DNA of 63,947 bases, counting the filler, from Octopus bimaculoides (lineage: Eukaryota), in the NCBI RefSeq assembly GCF_001194135.2. It is 4 parts of 3 records of this genome, joined end to end, with 100 filler letters (N's around TTAATTAATTAA, not from the genome) between each part and the next. Parts side by side here need not be neighbours in the genome. Positions count along the whole stretch, not along the records: positions 1 to 30,440 come from NC_068982.1; 3 more parts are not named here. One strand, written 5' to 3'. Shown here one piece after another: positions 1 through 13,200 of the stretch. Each line of letters starts with the position of its first letter. The stretch's first letter is position 1. Under the pieces are notes generated by a model, which saw only the letters and a program-made list of their open reading frames with translations, ran no database searches and was not told the DNA's origin. Position numbers and translations under genes: made by a program.

Positions 1-32
<32 letters not shown>

Positions 33-33
<1 letters not shown>

Positions 34-240
34 GTTTGTGTGTCTGTGTTTGTCCCCCCACCATCGCTTAACAACCGATGCTGGTGTGTTTACGTGCCCG
101 TAACTTAGTGCTTCGGCAAAAAGAGACCGATAGAATAAGTACTAGGCTTACAAAGAATAAGCCCTGGGGTCGCTTTGCTCGACTAAAGGCGGTGCTCCAG
201 CATGGTCACAGCTAAATGACTGAAACGAGTAAAAGAGTAT
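33..240 (+). mobile_element. SINE family A, 3' body
   Basis: Near-identical to the body of the 26680-27067 copy. Confidence 0.9.
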
Positions 241-747
241 GACCACCTAGACTGCTTTGTTATAATAATCATAAGAATTAATGTTTACTAGTTCAAATCA
301 CCTACATGTAAGAAGTATGTAAGCCCATTGCTATACAGGACAGGGTACAATGTAATTAACAAGTGTTTCATTAGCTTACTGTGTGGAGTTCAAGTCCATC
401 TACTGAAGAAAGCAACAGGAAACCACTCCATTGTATTCTCCCTTAGAAAATACTGCAAATGTTTCATCAATGTGCAGGTGTGTGCATATTACACCAGCAT
501 ACCACCAGCCACTGCTGGCACACATACGAGCTCGCCTAGAAAACAGATGGCAACTCATTGAACTCCTCTGTAAGCTCCCACCTAGAACCATCTCAAACAG
601 CAACTACGCTTTCAGCTTAGATGTACAGTCCATGTAAACCAGCATACCACCAGCTACACAGCACATTAGTGTATCTTAGGAATAGCTTTTCATTTATATA
701 TGCTTGGTTAACTATACAGCCATCAGTTTTCCTGCATTGCTTTGTTT

Positions 748-780
<33 letters not shown>

Positions 781-1744
781 TTACCTGAATATGAACGTGT
801 ATTACCAACATCTTAGCTATGTGTAGAAAGGGTTAATACTAACAGCTGTATTACTTTCCTCTATGATAATGGATAAAAATAAGCTGGCTAGGATTGGGGC
901 TACCTTTAGCTATTATCTAATAACAGGAAGTGTTTTGCATTGTTAGAGTGTTAGTGAGAAGAGAATGAACATTATAATGAACAGGGACTCACTGAAGGTT
1001 GATTTTGTGTATAGGTTAACAAAGGTTTTGTTAATGGAGACTGGTTCTAGAATAAGAGTTCTTATGAGTTGTGTTGCAATATAGTAGAAAGGGAAGACGA
1101 AGAAGAATGTAGAAGTGTAGAAGTTTGACACATGTTCAATATCTGCATGTGTGTGTGTATTTGCATATACATACAAACACACACGCACGCACACATATAT
1201 ATTTATATACACATAACAAAGAATGATTGACTGAAATAAAGCATCTAAAATGAGTCAATATGCATGCATGCATGCATGCATGCATACATATTGCATGTGC
1301 TAAACCAAGTGGAAAGTTTTTGTGGACCAAAAACAGAAAAATACTGTTATTATTATACATCACAAATAGCTCCCTCAAAGCTGAGACTCAATTATCACAG
1401 GTATGTTAGCAGTACAAAAAATAAAACCTCTATTTATGTTACTTTGATGTTCTGTTACAGAAGTAAGTAATCAGACTGAAAATGATTTATGAGAAAAGCA
1501 CAGCACCAAAAACTTTCAACCATATTACAAAAACAAGAATTATACATCAACCCTGCCAATCTATTTTATCATTTGACTAATTTTTCTTCTGAGAGAGTAA
1601 AACATTATTAATAGAGAAGAAATTGATATTTTTCTAAATTGTTTTGTATCTGTTGTGAATTCTTATTTTGTTTTTAATCAGTGGCTTTTCTCCTAATTTA
1701 CAATAAAATCTCAAACTTGATGTTTTGATTGAAGTTCCTACTCA

Positions 1745-1992
1745 TTAACCCCGTTTGTTACAATACTTCAGTTGAAATAGACTAGTTCTCTTTTAATTAG
1801 TTTCAAAAATAATGAAGAATTTAATAAAATAACTGTCATTAATAAGTTGATATTTGAAATAAACTAATGCAGAATTTTATTTGGTTTTAATTTGAAATTT
1901 TATTTAGTTCTTATCTAGATCACTTTAAAACAGGAAGTTTGTACCACAGAGCCTAGGGCGGACTCAGGCAGTTTGGTATCAAAAAGGTTGAA
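1745..1992. mobile_element. Second piggyBac-like MITE family, decayed
   Basis: ttaacccc... start and ...ggtatcaaaaaggttgaa end resemble TTAACCC...GGGTTAA termini. Confidence 0.5.
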
Positions 1993-2649
1993 ATTTATTT
2001 AGTAAACCATCAACCTGAGATAAAGCCAAAATGAACTTTTTTACCAAAGTAATTTTTTTAAAAAAAACTACTATTTTTTTATACACATCCTAAGTTTATG
2101 ACAGTATAGTAATTCTGAATACAAAGACTTATGTGCCAATCAATAAGATAAACTGTACACATTACCAAAATTAACAGAAAGCATTTGCAAGAATAATAAT
2201 GATGTAGGATGCATTAGTATTTGCTAATGATTGATCATTTAGAAAACAAATTTAAGAAAATTTTATTATGAAATAATACTCTTTGCCTTAATTGATAGCT
2301 TAATGAGTATGTAATAATAAATGTTAGGTTTAGTTTTTAAAGAAGAATAGTAACCCAATTTTGTCATGGCTGAAGACTAAAACAGCTCTTACCTTTCCAA
2401 TCAAAATATATTTAATATTAGTTTCTCTTTAGCATTAGGTTTAGTTCTAACATATTGCCCAGTTTAACATCACTACCTAGTCCCTAAATTCCTTTAGGGA
2501 AATTCCTTGTGTTACGGCAAATAATTTAACCAACTCCGAATTTTTCTTCCTGTAAAAATTGATCTGCAGGTGTTCAGGCTAGATGTAAATCACATCTATC
2601 TCTCCAGACTGGAGGATCCTGTAATGGTGAGGAGATCCCCTGACTAACC

Positions 2650-2835
2650 TTAACCTTTAAAACTGAACATATCCTGCCCAAATATTCTACCTGTTTTCAG
2701 TTCACGCTGGCCAAATCTGGCCTCTAACACCTACCCTACAATGTCATTCTAGAAATAAACAATCATATCATTGAAATGTTGAAGCTAAGATGATTAATTC
2801 AAAACATTGTGAATAACTAAGCATTACATTTAACA
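2650..2835. mobile_element. Partial inverted copy of the 27167-27390 MITE
   Basis: aaatattctacctgtttt...gccaaatctgg...acaatgtcattctagaaataaacaat is the reverse complement of the internal sequence of that MITE. Confidence 0.65.
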
Positions 2836-2957
2836 TACTGTTATTATTGTGTAGTATTATTGGTGTAGAATTTACGTATCATCATTTAACATCCGTTGTC
2901 CATGCTGGCATGAGTTAACCAGAGTTGGCAAGCTGGGGAGCTGCACCAGGCTCCAGT

Positions 2958-3006
<49 letters not shown>

Positions 3007-3124
3007 NNNNNNNNNNNNNNNNNNNNNNNNNNNNNNNNNNNNNNNNNNNNNNNNNNNNNNNNNNNNNNNNNNNNNNNNNNNNNNNNNNNNNNNNNNNNNN
3101 NNNNNNNNNNNNNNNNNNNNNNNN

Positions 3125-3188
<64 letters not shown>

Positions 3189-4884
3189 TTTGAGATATAG
3201 GTACAAGGCACAAGTATTCACTGTTAATTTGCACCAAGCAAATCTAAAATACAAATACACTAAATCAAACATAAGAATCTGGTAAACAGTTGCCTGACAA
3301 ACCAACCAATATTCTTATCAAGGATCTTAATCTGATTACAGTGAAAGATATCTGGCTAAATTTCCTTGGTTTGAATATTAATAATATAAGCTACATTCAT
3401 TACATATACTCCTCTAAGTATTTCTAGGAGTCAGAAATACTGAATCTATAATAAAGAAATAATACACTGTATTTTCTGGCATACGTGTCAAAATTTTCAG
3501 ACTAAAATTTACAGCCAAAAAAGGTAGCTTAAAAGTAAACCAAAAATTCCATACGAAATGCAGCAGGATTTGGAAAGATAATGATAATGTTTGCACTATA
3601 TGTCCATACAATATACTGTGTCAACTTGGATGATGGAAAATACAGTAAAATCAACACAATATATTCCACTTAATCTATTTATTAAAAGTTTAACACAACT
3701 CATATATAAATATCGTTATGAAAAGAATGTTTTCAAATTTGGGGGGGGGGAAATTAGCTAAATAATAGACAAATATGTAGATTATTAATTTTGCAATGTT
3801 TCATATGTCTTCCCCATTGAATCTTTCAAAATGATAAAGAGGAAATACATTGTAATGATACAAAGGAAAATTTAAGAAAGAAAATCTGGATGGCTGGTAA
3901 ACTACTTACCTCTATACACCTTTCAAATGACAATAAACATTGATGAAAATTAATCCATAAAGTGAAGTCAAGATAAGCACATACCTGAAAAGAAGAAAAC
4001 ATCTTATCAATAACAGGATTATTTCATTCCTTATTTAACAAAGCATCATATATTTTAAGATGAAATAGAATCTCCAAATATCAAAATAAAAAAAAAAGTT
4101 GTAACTTCCCACATGCAATGTACAAGATTCAGAAAGGAAATCATGCATATTACAATCCTTTTACACACCAGCATGCAAACCATACCCAAATACAACTAAG
4201 GATGGATATATCTTAACAAGAATCTTGTTAATATTATATTTGTCCCAAAGGTGGCAAACCAGCAGAATTGTTAGCGTGCCAGGAAAAATGTTTTATAGCA
4301 TTTCTTCCAACTTTACATTCTGAGTTTAAATGCCACCAGAGTCAATTTTGCCTTTCATCCTTTCGGGGTCGATAAAATAAGTACCAGATGAACACAAACG
4401 TTGATGTAATCAACTTATCCCCTCCCCTGAAATTGCTGGCTTTGTGCCAAAATTTGAAATCAATGTTATAATTGTCCCACAACTACCATGGTATGTTTAT
4501 TTTCTTTTGTTATAACTGAAAATTTAAAAACTTCAACCTGGGTCCTCCAAATAGTTCCTTCAATCTTTTTAACTCAAACCCCTGAGATTCAACAGGATCA
4601 ATTAGCTCTTTTTCAAACAAACACTAAATATTTTGAAGCTCTCTTTATTGCCTAAGGTAATCCATGACCATATTCTTCATATTTCCAGCTCAGTGAAATG
4701 GGTAATTCAGTAACGTTTAAACTTCAGACAAAACAGGTATATCAAATACTATACAACATAAATGTCTCATATATTAAAATTATCTCCACCTCTATAGCAT
4801 GTATCATAATTAGAAAATGGCAATTAAGACCAGCACCACTTGAGGAAGGGAGATAATCCATCAAGATTCAAGAATCTCCATGGT

Positions 4885-5190
4885 TGACATCACTGGCACT
4901 CAGTTGGTTACAGGTGTTCCAGCTGATCCAATTGATGGAACAGCCTGCTCGTGAAATTAATGTGTAAATCGCTGAGCATTTCACAGACATTTAACGTAGT
5001 TCTAAATTCAGCATGACACAGAATGTGATAAGGCCAGCTCTTCGAAATATAAGTATTATTCATTTTTGCCAGCTGAGTATACTGGAGCAACATGAAATAA
5101 AGTGTCTGGCTGAACTCACCGCCAGGAATTGAGCTTACAACCTTACAATCATGAGCCAAGGCCCTAACCAGCAAACCATGCACCTTCACT
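4885..5190 (-). mobile_element. SINE sharing the family D 3' tail but with a different central domain
   Basis: gaacagcctgctcgtgaaattaa...ttaacgtagttct is shared with 60065-60140; the middle section is different. Confidence 0.7.
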
Positions 5191-7956
5191 ATAGTTGATA
5201 TGCCATAAAGGGAAAGGACAGGCTCATTGTCTGAAGATAACAGGACAGTTGTTGACATGTGTTTCTGACTTGGCTGAAGAACAACAAATAATGTGTATAC
5301 TGTAAGTGACATCTGATGAATTCTGGGCCAAAATAATTAGCTCTCAATAGCTAAGTCTACATTCTGTCAACAAGTACCAGGTAAATATTTTCTGGCTTGG
5401 TACATACTAAAGTCAAGCTTGAATTTATCTAATATCTCTTTTTTTCTGTCTTCAACTGGTTTCTTATATCAGTGGAAAACAGTAATAATTTTCCCCTAGG
5501 AAGAAGAAGAAGAAGAGAACAAGGAAAATAAACCATCGATAATTAAATTTAGTTAGTAATAGGCCTATAGGGTTGAGAGGTTGTTGTTTTGTGGCCTCCC
5601 CACCATCCCCAAAAATAATAAAATGTATCAAAAAGTTTTTTAAAACTTTGTTACAATAGGAACATCATGATATTCTAGAGAAGATCATCCAACTCAAAGT
5701 AGCATATACAGTTTATGAAGTTATTTCGATAAAGCTTTCAGAAAAGTCAGAAAACAAGGTCAAGCAAGACAGAGAAAGAAGAGGAAAAAATTTGAAGCAG
5801 TTCAAGTCAATGCACTAACATATTTCTAACAGCTAATTTGAAAAGTTGTTGCTGCTGTTACTGTATGCTCTGAGGTGTAATAAATAGACAATCAAGACAA
5901 TCTAAAATAAAGTACCAAACAAGTACTGGAATTGATGGCATCAACAAGACCCTCCTCTTTAAATTGCTCACTTTCTGCCTAAATAAGAAAACATTATATG
6001 ATAGCAAAGTACTATGGCCAAGCATGAAAAAATATATCACACGCCTATGTTCAAGGTGAATAAGTTATACCCTACTGTAGGCAGTGTTTTGTAATTCTGC
6101 GCAATACACCTACATAATTGAAGTTTTATGTCAATTAAAGAAATTAACATCATCTTTATCTTGCTATTATTATTACTGAATGCTTTAAAATGCAAAGCTG
6201 CCAGAATCATTAGCACATAGGAAAAGATGCTTAGCAGCATTTCGTCCAGCTTTACTTTCTGAGTTCAAATTCCACTAAGGTCAACTTTGCCTTTCATCCT
6301 TTCTAGTTGAGGACTGAGATTAATGCAATTGACTTAGCCCCTTCCCCCAAAATTTCAGGCCTTGTGCATATAGTAGAAAGGATTATTGTACCTTTCAATA
6401 AATTTGGATAGAAAGCTTCACTTGCATAAGTCTTTTTGAACCACATGCCTAAAAAGACATGTAGCTCAAAGTGAATAATGCTTTGACTCATGCTGATCTA
6501 TTATTACTCTATTTAGCCTTCCGTGTGAAAAAGTTTCCCTTACCACCACATGGCATCTCATTGAACTGACATTTTCTATTGTCTTTCAAATTGTATTCTA
6601 ATGTTTTAATACTCTTTTGTCACAAAACCCTTAGTCACTTCTTTTGTTTTATGTCATCAGACTAATAAAAAACAAAAGAGCTGCTTTTATTTCTGGGCAG
6701 GGAGGAGCAGAGGACAATTTTTTCTTAATTTGTCTTTATTTTTTATTAGACAGTTTTGTAAATATGAAAATAGTGATTTTATAGTTCTCTGCCAAACAGA
6801 TTTATATGCAAATGATTTTTCAACACCTGCTTATACAGTGCTCTAAATTTTATCATTTATTTCTGTTATTAGGGTTGAAGAGGAGTAAGAAACGGTTAAG
6901 AGTTGCATTACATTCAGCTAGGGCTAATAATATATACATAAGTATATATTGGAATTAATTCATTCCTTAAAAAAAAATTGTCAACTTGCATCAATGCAAG
7001 AATTTTTTTTCCCATTGGTTTCCAATTAGTGTACAATTTTTTCATTTAACTTCCAACTAAGTACATGATAACTTTTCTTATGTTTTAATGGCTTAAGTTG
7101 GAGACTGAAAGGCAATGCACATGTCTCTTGCAGTATTTCCAAGGCTAATAGTTGGTAAAGAAAGGAAAAACTGTGATTCATTAGGTACAGTCTGTGTAAA
7201 AGGCCTCAGTACGCTTTCCTTTCCATTTACCTAATTTTGTTCACAAGGATTGAGCCCACTAGGTTTTATAATGGCACTTATAACAGAAAAAATAATCGTC
7301 CTGAATTGGTACATTGATACTTTTTATCAATAAAAGGATGAAAGGTAATACTGATCTTAGCAGGATATGAACTCAAAACTCAGGCATTTAGAACAAATAT
7401 CATAAACTAATTCTGACATTTTAATAACCATGAGCGATATCCAGACTACAGTGGAGAGGGTAAACCACTGGTTTTCGTTAAAAAGAGATGATGAGCTAAT
7501 GGCTAGAAGAATATTAAGCAAAACTTAATAACCAGTTGATCTAAGAGGTAGGGTCTCATTTCAGTGGTGGAGGGGTACACAATGATGCTGTCAAAAGGAA
7601 GGCCCCAAAATGGCATGCATTCTCTCTTGATGACCCCATAAACTAGCAATTATCTGGTATGCGGAGCTTTTAACTGGCAACACTTACATCTGCAAGTTGT
7701 TTGCAAAAACATCTCTATAATTACTCACCTAACACTGCTAATATATGTATTCCTTATAAGGTTTCAAGAGAATCTACTTCTGCAAATACATCTGATGGTA
7801 CATCTTGTACATCAGACTATGATTTAATTCCAATTTCCAACTAATAGTGTAGGAGTCCTACTGCATGGTACCAAGGACAAGTGTCTTCTGCTACAGCCCC
7901 ACGCTGATCAAAGCCTTGTGAGTGGATTCAGAAGAGAGAAACTGAAAGAAGCCCAT

Positions 7957-7991
<35 letters not shown>

Positions 7992-8829
7992 ACACACACA
8001 TGTATATGAGAGAAAGGGAGAGAGAAAGAGAGAGATGGCTAGATACAACATCCATAACCTTACAATCAGTTAGTGGCCAAGATTTGTTGGCATATCGTTA
8101 TGATATATTTGCTAATGAAGAAGCTAATAAGCAAAAATCTAGAACTAGCAATTTCGCCACCTCTCCTAGGCAACCTTCACTTGTTACTGATATGTTTCTG
8201 TGCTTTTTAACGCTATACACCTATAACAGATACTTGCTCAAGACAAATACCCCAGTTTAGAATTTAGGCTTTCAATTGTGAACACATTCTAAGCATGTGT
8301 ATAAATTGCTTTATGTCTCCTGTCTTGAGATTGTGTGATTGTTGTAAATAAATGCCATTCATTTCCAATAGTCTATGAAAACATATCTGGTATGGGTTAG
8401 TGGCAGGATGAGACCAGGACACAGAAAATTTCCCTCAATTAACTCTATTTGAATCATGCGGATATGGAAACATGGACATTAACAGAAAAAAAGAAAAAAA
8501 ACTATCAGGAGCTGGTCAATTCTAAATTCCAAGGCTGACTTCACTTTACATTCTTCTGTGGCTGATAAAATAAGTACCCACCAGGGATGAAGATTGAGGC
8601 CATCAACTAACTAAACCCCACCTATACAAATTTGCATTAAGTCTACAACCCAAATAGGCCATGGCAAGATTTGAACTCAGAAGTCAAAAAGCAAGGATAA
8701 ATAAACCGCACCTATACAAATTTGCAGTTAAGTATCAAATAAACCATTGATTTTTTTTTTATCAGGTCAATAATATAAGGACCAGTTAAGTACAGCACCC
8801 AGTGCAAGCTATAGATGCACAAGAGGTGC

Positions 8830-9085
8830 ACTGAAATAATGGGGAGGTTATTAGTGAAGGTAGTGTTTGTATGTGGAAGGTGCACTGGGGCCGTAAAAAA
8901 AAAAAAAAAACCCCAAATACTCAGGAAATCTATTTTCTCAAATGCCTTGGTAGCTCTATAGAAGTTATGGATAATTTCTGCTACCTAGGGGACCTAATTA
9001 ATTATGGGGGAAGATGCAGAGAAAGAGTAATCGCTAGAACGAGAATAGAATGGAGAAAATTAAGAGAGCTTTCACTGTGTCCATT
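8830..9085 (+). mobile_element. Internal fragment of the RTE-type LINE family found at 14.5-16.3 kb
   Basis: FLKCLGSSIEVMDNFCYLGDLINYGGRCRERVIARTRIEWRKLREL. Confidence 0.8.
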
Positions 9086-9110
9086 GCAGAAAGGATTATT
9101 ATTATTATTA

Positions 9111-9164
<54 letters not shown>

Positions 9165-9364
9165 GAAGACAGTGAGCTGGTATAATCATTAACACACCAG
9201 AGAAATGCCTAGCAGCATTTCTTCCAGTTTTATGATCAGAGTTCAAATGCCTCTGAAGTCAACTTTGCCTTTCATCCTTTCAATCAAGCACTGTGGTTGA
9301 TGTAACCAACAAGCCCCCTCCACCAAAACTTCAGGTTTTGTGCCTATAATAGAAAGGACTACTT

Positions 9365-9398
<34 letters not shown>

Positions 9399-9649
9399 AG
9401 TAAGCTAGCAGAATCATTAGCACTTGGGACAAAATGCTTAATAGCAATTTTGGTTTGGCATTGGTCCATCACTACATTCTGAGTTCAAATTCTACCAAGG
9501 TTGATTTTTGCCTTTCACCTTTTCAGGGTCAATAAAATAAGTACCAGCCGAGCACTGGCGTCAATGCAATCAACTTATCCCCTCCCCCAAAATCACTGAC
9601 CTTGTGCCAAAATTAGAAACCACCATTATTATTATTATTATTCAGTAGT

Positions 9650-9910
9650 TTTATTTTTATAATGTGCTTTCACTTCACAACCGAGCACAGCTCTGTGTGC
9701 CTTGGGTATGTGCTGTGGTGCTCTTATGGTTACTGTATTGAAACTGTTTTGCGTAGGATGTGTGCAGTGTCCAGTAGTGCAATTTTCTGTATGTTATATA
9801 TATTTGTAAGTCCTGGTGTTTTTGTTATGTATTTGTCTGAATATTTTTTTATTATACCTAAGGCACCTACTATGATAGGAATTGTTTCTGTTTTTAGATT
9901 CCACATTCGA

Positions 9911-9912
<2 letters not shown>
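9650..9912 (-). mobile_element. R4/Dong-clade LINE 3' end (restriction-like endonuclease C-terminus)
   Basis: RMWNLKTETIPIIVGALGIIKKYSDKYITKTPGLTNIYNIQKIALLDTAHILRKTVSIQ*. Confidence 0.8.
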
Positions 9913-9942
<30 letters not shown>

Positions 9943-10419
9943 TGTTGTTGTTGTGAAAGTGTCAGAGAAAGCTACAACAAAAGAGATTGAATAGTTGTTT
10001 CTATGCTTTTATGTACCTATCCAGTTGTATTTCTTTAAAACACTGCTAAACCAATGACAGTACATTAAAATACTGTCTGTTTCTTGAGACATTCCTCCCA
10101 GAAGTAAATTTTGAGTAATTCTGTTACATATTCAATGGATCTGTTTGAAAAATGAGCAATTGCACTTGTTAGAGCTACTTGGTAAAGATAAAGCCCGAAG
10201 AATATTCCCATAGGAAAACATACATAACAATGTTGTTAATATCATTATATATATATATTAATAGCCTTAATCATCTTATAATTAATTTGTATTAATTATA
10301 TTACACTTATTGTTCATCAACTTGAAGCATGGAGAGAATATAAAGAGGAAAAAGATCATATAAACAAAGCATATATAGATAGCAAGAACTGCATGCAGCA
10401 TAGAATATATATATGTATG

Positions 10420-10455
<36 letters not shown>

Positions 10456-10926
10456 CATATATGTATGTGTACACGTGTGCATGCATGAGCTAAGCACAAA
10501 TAATACACAGAAAAATTCTGCAATACTCAGAAGTATTACGTTTAATGGGAAATGGAACATCGAATTTAAAGAAACTCAGCAAAGATGATGAGGACGATGA
10601 TGATGACAGAAAGCAACAACAACATCAACAAAAAAGCATGTTGCAAGAAAATTCTTATGAAAAATGATATCATGCTGAGGAAACAATCTTAACTGCTAAC
10701 ACATGCATTTGTTTTTTTTTTTGTTTTTTTTTTCCGTTCTACCTGCTCAGGAACCAGGATGGCTTTGATGGAGGTGATGGTTGAGGTGGTGGTGGTGGTG
10801 GTGGTTGGTTGGGATGGTTGTACAATCAAGTCAGTGGCTCTTCATAAACCAATAACTGGCATGATGGTGATACCAAAAATGAGTTAAGATTCAGAAAGAA
10901 ATTTATACAAAAGAAAATATATATAT

Positions 10927-10960
<34 letters not shown>

Positions 10961-11373
10961 CCACAAAAGAATAGAAAGAAGTGAGACATCTAAATTATTT
11001 GTCAAGATGCTTAAAATACACAAAAAAAAAAAAAAATAATAATTTCTACTAAATAGTACTAGAGCAAGGCAATAAAACTAAACACTACTTTCAATAATCT
11101 CAGAAATATTATCAATCCAATAACATGAATTTTATGATTGGAAATTAACATAATCATGAGAAGTGTTTAAAAATTAAACAAAATTCAGCAATCACTTGCA
11201 ACTTAGTAAAGTGGTAGAGCTATTGTAGCCAATAAAAACACACATTAAACTTGTATACATAGCAAGGGAGCCTCTAAGTGGTCGCTCGACTTGCTAGAAA
11301 TAGCAACCAACTCTCCCTCAAATCACACTCTACTTTAAACATGAAAGAGATATTTGATAATGGAAGTTTAGAT

Positions 11374-11628
11374 CAGTGTTTCTCGACCATTCTTTTTTTC
11401 CTATGGACCCCATTCATTCTTATTTTATTCAGATGGACCCACCTAGCCATTCTATGTTTACAAAAGTCATATTACATTTTCATAATTAAATATTATTAGG
11501 AATTGTCTAAAAATATTAAACTATTTTGCATATCACTGAAGTAAAACCAATTTATTGGACTTAAACTTTAACAACAAAATCTTATATGGACTTCCAAGGG
11601 CCATATAGACCCCAATTGAGAACCAGTG
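11374..11628. mobile_element. hAT (Charlie-like) MITE, copy 1
   Basis: Termini CAGTGTTTCTCGACC ... ATTGAGAACCAGTG; 8-bp flanks gtttagat / agttagat. Confidence 0.75.
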
Positions 11629-12090
11629 AGTTAGATAAAATGGCTGAAAATAAAATGGTAGAGTCATGGCCAGAATGCTTTTTATTATATGTGCACTCAT
11701 TTGGAGCTGACTTAGGACTAAACAACAACAACAACAACACAAACACTGATATATTCACTTTTACCTAATTATTTATAATAATATCACTGTACAGTGATAA
11801 CAGCAAATAACTACAACAATATGTTACAAGAACGCTTTACAGTCAGAATTCAAGAAGGTTTTATGAAAAAACCAAAATGGGTTCAAGAAATATCAGTCTA
11901 CTGTGGGACAGATCTTGGCAGTCAAAAGACAGAGTGAAGAAGAATCAGGACCATATATCTGCAGGCAGTATTACCATTTGTAGACTTCTCAAAATGTTTT
12001 GACTGTCCAGTGAGGCAAAACACTGGAGCAAATTCTTCTTACATGTGGTATACTTCAAGTAGTAGTAGCAGTAGTAGTGATGCTCTACAA

Positions 12091-12347
12091 CAGTGATTCT
12101 CAACCATTTTTACCTATGAACCCCGTGGATTCCTGTTTTACTCAGGTGAACCCCCATAGCAATTCAATATTTAAAAAATCCTATTGTATTTTTATAATTA
12201 AATATTATTAGGAATTGTAATAAAAAAACGGTTGTGAAAATATTTTATGTATTGTAGAAATATAACCAATTTAGTGCACGTAAATTTTAACAAGAAAATC
12301 TTACATGGACCCCTAAAGGTCATATGGGCCCTGGTTGAGCACTACTA
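12091..12347. mobile_element. hAT (Charlie-like) MITE, copy 2
   Basis: Termini CAGTGATTCTCAACC ... GGTTGAGCACTACTA; flanks ctctacaa / ttctacaa; internally similar to copy 1. Confidence 0.75.
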
Positions 12348-12359
12348 TTCTACAAGAAC

Positions 12360-13200
12360 ACACAGACTAAAATAGGATCATCTGATGGTTTCTTTGATAT
12401 CAATGCTGGAGTCCAGCATGGTGATATACTTGTTCCATCCCTATTTATCATCTGCTATGTCTTTCACATTTTGATTGAAAAGATTAATGAACATTGTTTC
12501 ACTCTGACAAAATCCACCTTCCCTCATCAACCAGATAATAACAATAATAACAGATGTAGATCATGTTGATGATAATTACTCTCTTCATACACACTGCTTC
12601 TGTAATTAACGCATCTACATGATCTTGGAAAAGCAGAAGATATTGGTCTTTATTTTCATGCCTCAAAGACTGAATATATCTGCTAATATCAGAAGGGCTC
12701 ATTAAGCACAATCAACAGAATACTCTAAAATCTGTGGACTCCTTTGTATACTTAGGAAATAATATTATATCCACAGAAAAGATAGTAAAAATTTGTCTCA
12801 CCAAAACATGGGCTGTTCTAGGAGACTTCAGTGTCACCTAGAAATTATCACTACCAGGAGAACTTTTTTCTATACCACTGTGAAATCAGTGCTATCATAT
12901 AGATCAAGTGCTTAGACACTCAACAAACACCTGGAGGATGCTGTTATTGGCCATTCTCGATATTTTATGGGTAAAGCATCCTACCATAGACAGTCTTCTT
13001 GCAATCACTGATGTGAAAGAATTCATTAGTGATAGTCTTATGGACATGCCAACATAGATATAAACTGATCAAGTGCCCTGCAGAAGCCTTCATCAATTAT
13101 TCTACACAGGAAAGAGATGTTGCCCTGCTGACCACCAGATTGCAATGAGGGTTTGTGCTGATGACATGATCAAACCCAACATTTATTTAATGTGAAAGAT
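12360..13200 (+). mobile_element. Old RTE-like LINE RT fragment
   Basis: FDINAGVQHGDILVPSLFII (RT motif), ITDVDHVDD, TLKSVDSFVYLGNNI; many stops and frameshifts. Confidence 0.65.

Noticed and set aside
617-811. DGC-containing ORF as a further VWC module
   Set aside because: It lacks the C-x2-C-x-C pattern and is driven by a poly-T run.
10741-10830. Minus-strand proline-rich exon (NQPPPPPPPQPSPPSKPSWFLS)
   Set aside because: There is an upstream in-frame stop with no acceptor or ATG in between; a (GGT)n microsatellite explains it.
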